Shown piece by piece: positions 61,751 through 64,000 of a stretch of DNA of 64,000 nt; within the stretch, counting starts at the first letter, position 1, and the number at the start of each line of letters is the position of its first letter. This DNA is from Felis catus (lineage: Eukaryota), in the NCBI RefSeq assembly GCF_018350175.1, contig NC_058373.1, forward strand, positions 106,332,001 to 106,396,000. Direction: 5' to 3'. Made by a program: the position numbers and the translations under genes. The notes beneath the pieces are model-generated. The model was not told where the DNA came from, made no database searches, and saw only the letters and a list, made by a program, of their open reading frames with translations.

Positions 61751-62929
61751 TAAATAGCTTTTTAAAAAGAACCAGGAGTACTCATTTCCAAATCATAGAT
61801 AAGAGTTAAGTGTTTGAAGAGCTGACCATAACCTTGTCTTCTCTAAAGGATAATTAAAATACATACTAGGTTATGGATGACAAGTCTTTGTCAGTGCCTA
61901 TGAAATACCCTGTATGGATTTTGGGAGTTAATACATAATTATCTTTGAAAGTATGAAATTGGTGGAAAAGAAAGATGAAGCAAAATGCACTAACCAAGGA
62001 AGATATTACAAGAAAACTCCAGAGACGGAGATAGAACTTCTGTGTAAATCCCATCTGCCCGGTGCCAGTCCACCTGCCTATATGGGACCAGGCAGACAAG
62101 AAGAGACTGCCCTGAATTGGACGCCCAGCTTACGTCCTACTTAGGAATGCCGAGAGCATATAACAGAAGTGGAAGAGATTTTTGAGAGAAATGGCAGTCA
62201 TTTGAAGCATTTTATGTAAGCAACACACCCTCAAGGATATGCCTATCCATTTTAAAGAGGTTATTCCACGTTTATCATTGTGACAACATAGCTAAACCTT
62301 TTCCCCAAACAATATTTCAAATATTCCTAAAGAATCTGATTGTTCACAAAGTAGCTTTCCATAAAAATAAATCATAGGGATGAATCTTCTTTGTGTGCAT
62401 AGTTACGCTTGGGGAATTGGGAAAGAAGAATCTGCAATTCCAAGCTTGCCATGAATTCAGTCCCTTTTAAAGGAAAGTAGCCTTAATGGTTCTGCTAAAG
62501 CTGCTACCACCCTGGTCCCTCTTCTGTGTTGGGAGGAATCCATCCTGCTAGCCTGTGCTGGTGGCTTGAACTAAACGTTGATGAAGGGGAGTAATGTCCC
62601 TGAGAAGGGGCTGTGACAGGCGAGCATCAGATGGTGAGGAAGCAGCCCACTCAGATCCTCCCCATCCTGGGGAACAGTAATGCTGACTGTAGAAGGAAGA
62701 TGGATGGGCTGCTGATGGAGCTCAGGTGCATGGCTGGGCTGCCACCACTGTGCTAGAGAGGATTGCCATACTGCAATCCAAGGCTAGGAGGCTGATTCAC
62801 TGAGGGGAGCCCATCCCCACTGCCTCACATTTTCTCGTATCCTTGGCAACTCCCATTACTGACTATAGCTGGGGTGTACAGCCTTATCTAGTACAGAAAA
62901 CATGATCCAGCCATGGAATGTGGTAATAA

Positions 62930-63150
62930 CTGCTGCCATTTACAATGTGCCAGATCTTTCTTCTACTAACCTAAGCCCCTTCAAACGTCATTTAATGAAT
63001 TCAATTTGAATCTCATTCCAATTCTAAGAGTAGGAATTATTGGCCACATTTTACAGATGAGGCTTGGGAAATTTTAGGTCAGCAACTGGTAGACTGGGGT
63101 TCAAACCCATATCTGTCTTATTCCAGAGCTCATGCCTTAGTCACCCCATA
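62930..63150 (-). mobile_element. MIR
   Basis: cacattttacagatgaggcttggg...gactggggttcaaaccc...ccagagctcatgc. Confidence 0.7.
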
Positions 63151-63679
63151 ATACTGCCTGCCTCCACACCAACCTTAATAACAAGTCCTGTTTTTAAATT
63201 GGGTTCTGCTGCGTTCAAAGTAACAAGAAGCATTCACCGCAGAAAGTTTTCCCATTTTATGGGGGTTATAAAGTTTCAATAGACCGGACTTGTACAAATT
63301 CCATAGGCTCAGCAAAGAAAGGCTGCACACAGGCCTACAGTGATGTCGTCACCTTCTGCTTTGTCAACTCAAATCTGTTATTGGCTATGTCAGCTGAACC
63401 GCAGAAAAGCATCTTTCTCTGCTGACTCCGTTTGCCCTTTCCTGAGCTGATCACTCCAGGAGTGCACAGCCAAGAGGTAAATGCTCTTCATGCATAACAG
63501 TAGGGGATCCACACACAGTATTCTCTACTTAATTGGCCTATTATTCTTTAACCTTTCACTGGACTCAATAACATTTAAATGAGCTCTTGGGAAAGAGCAC
63601 AGCTATAAAACACACTGACATACAACAAAATCCCATAATATACTCCAGGGTCTTCACCTATGTGTCTGGTGTCACTATT

Positions 63680-63870
63680 CGTTTATTCATCAAATGTTTG
63701 GTGTGTCCCTACTATTTACCAGGCACCATTGGAGGGACTGGAGACACAGCAGCAAATCAAAGTGTGTGATGTTAAAGAACTTAAACTCTACATGGCAGCA
63801 ACAAGCAATAAATAAACAAACAAATGCGTGTATAATATAGTAAGTAATGGTAAGTGCTATGAAGTTCTAA
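63680..63870 (-). mobile_element. L2 3' fragment
   Basis: tttattcatcaaatgttt...cctactatttaccaggcacc...ggagacacagcag. Confidence 0.65.
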
Positions 63871-64000
63871 AACAAGAGATATTTGTTCAAGAGGTCTGTG
63901 ATAAGGACTTCATGCTCATTGAACTTCTAGTGTGTCCCATGCATCAGCAGAGAGTCATGTCACTAATTCTGGCCAATGGATGGTAGCAAAACTTAAATGT

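Noticed and set aside
1..64000. CRISPR arrays, operons or other prokaryotic-type systems
   Set aside because: The sequence is mammalian intronic DNA; all repeats are explained by retroposons, TSDs and microsatellites

Overview
Felid (cat-family) genomic DNA, identified by many carnivore CAN-SINEs, including young SINEC_Fc-type copies, and carnivore L1 3' ends. The only protein-coding sequence I can support is the short first coding exon of the neuronal reticulon-1 C isoform (RTN1-C / NSP-C; MQATADSTKMDCVWSNWKSQ, minus strand, 5521-5581) inside a CpG-island promoter at about 5450-5900. By the known RTN1 gene structure, the rest of the window is intronic: RTN1-C intron 1 to the left, and probably the large intron of the long RTN1-A/B isoforms to the right. 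It is filled with SINEs, nested L1s, L2, MIR, CR1/L3, MaLR LTRs, DNA-transposon relics and microsatellites. I found no new gene system. The most notable details are small retroposition products with clear target-site duplications (TSDs): a tailless 26-nt U6 copy, a tailless 39-nt 5S rRNA copy inside a SINE tail, a solo poly(A) insertion and a candidate L1 3' transduction. There are also closely spaced inverted young SINE pairs, templated rearrangements inside SINEs, and RBFOX motifs just downstream of the RTN1-C donor. Repeat subfamily names and boundaries were read by eye and are approximate.
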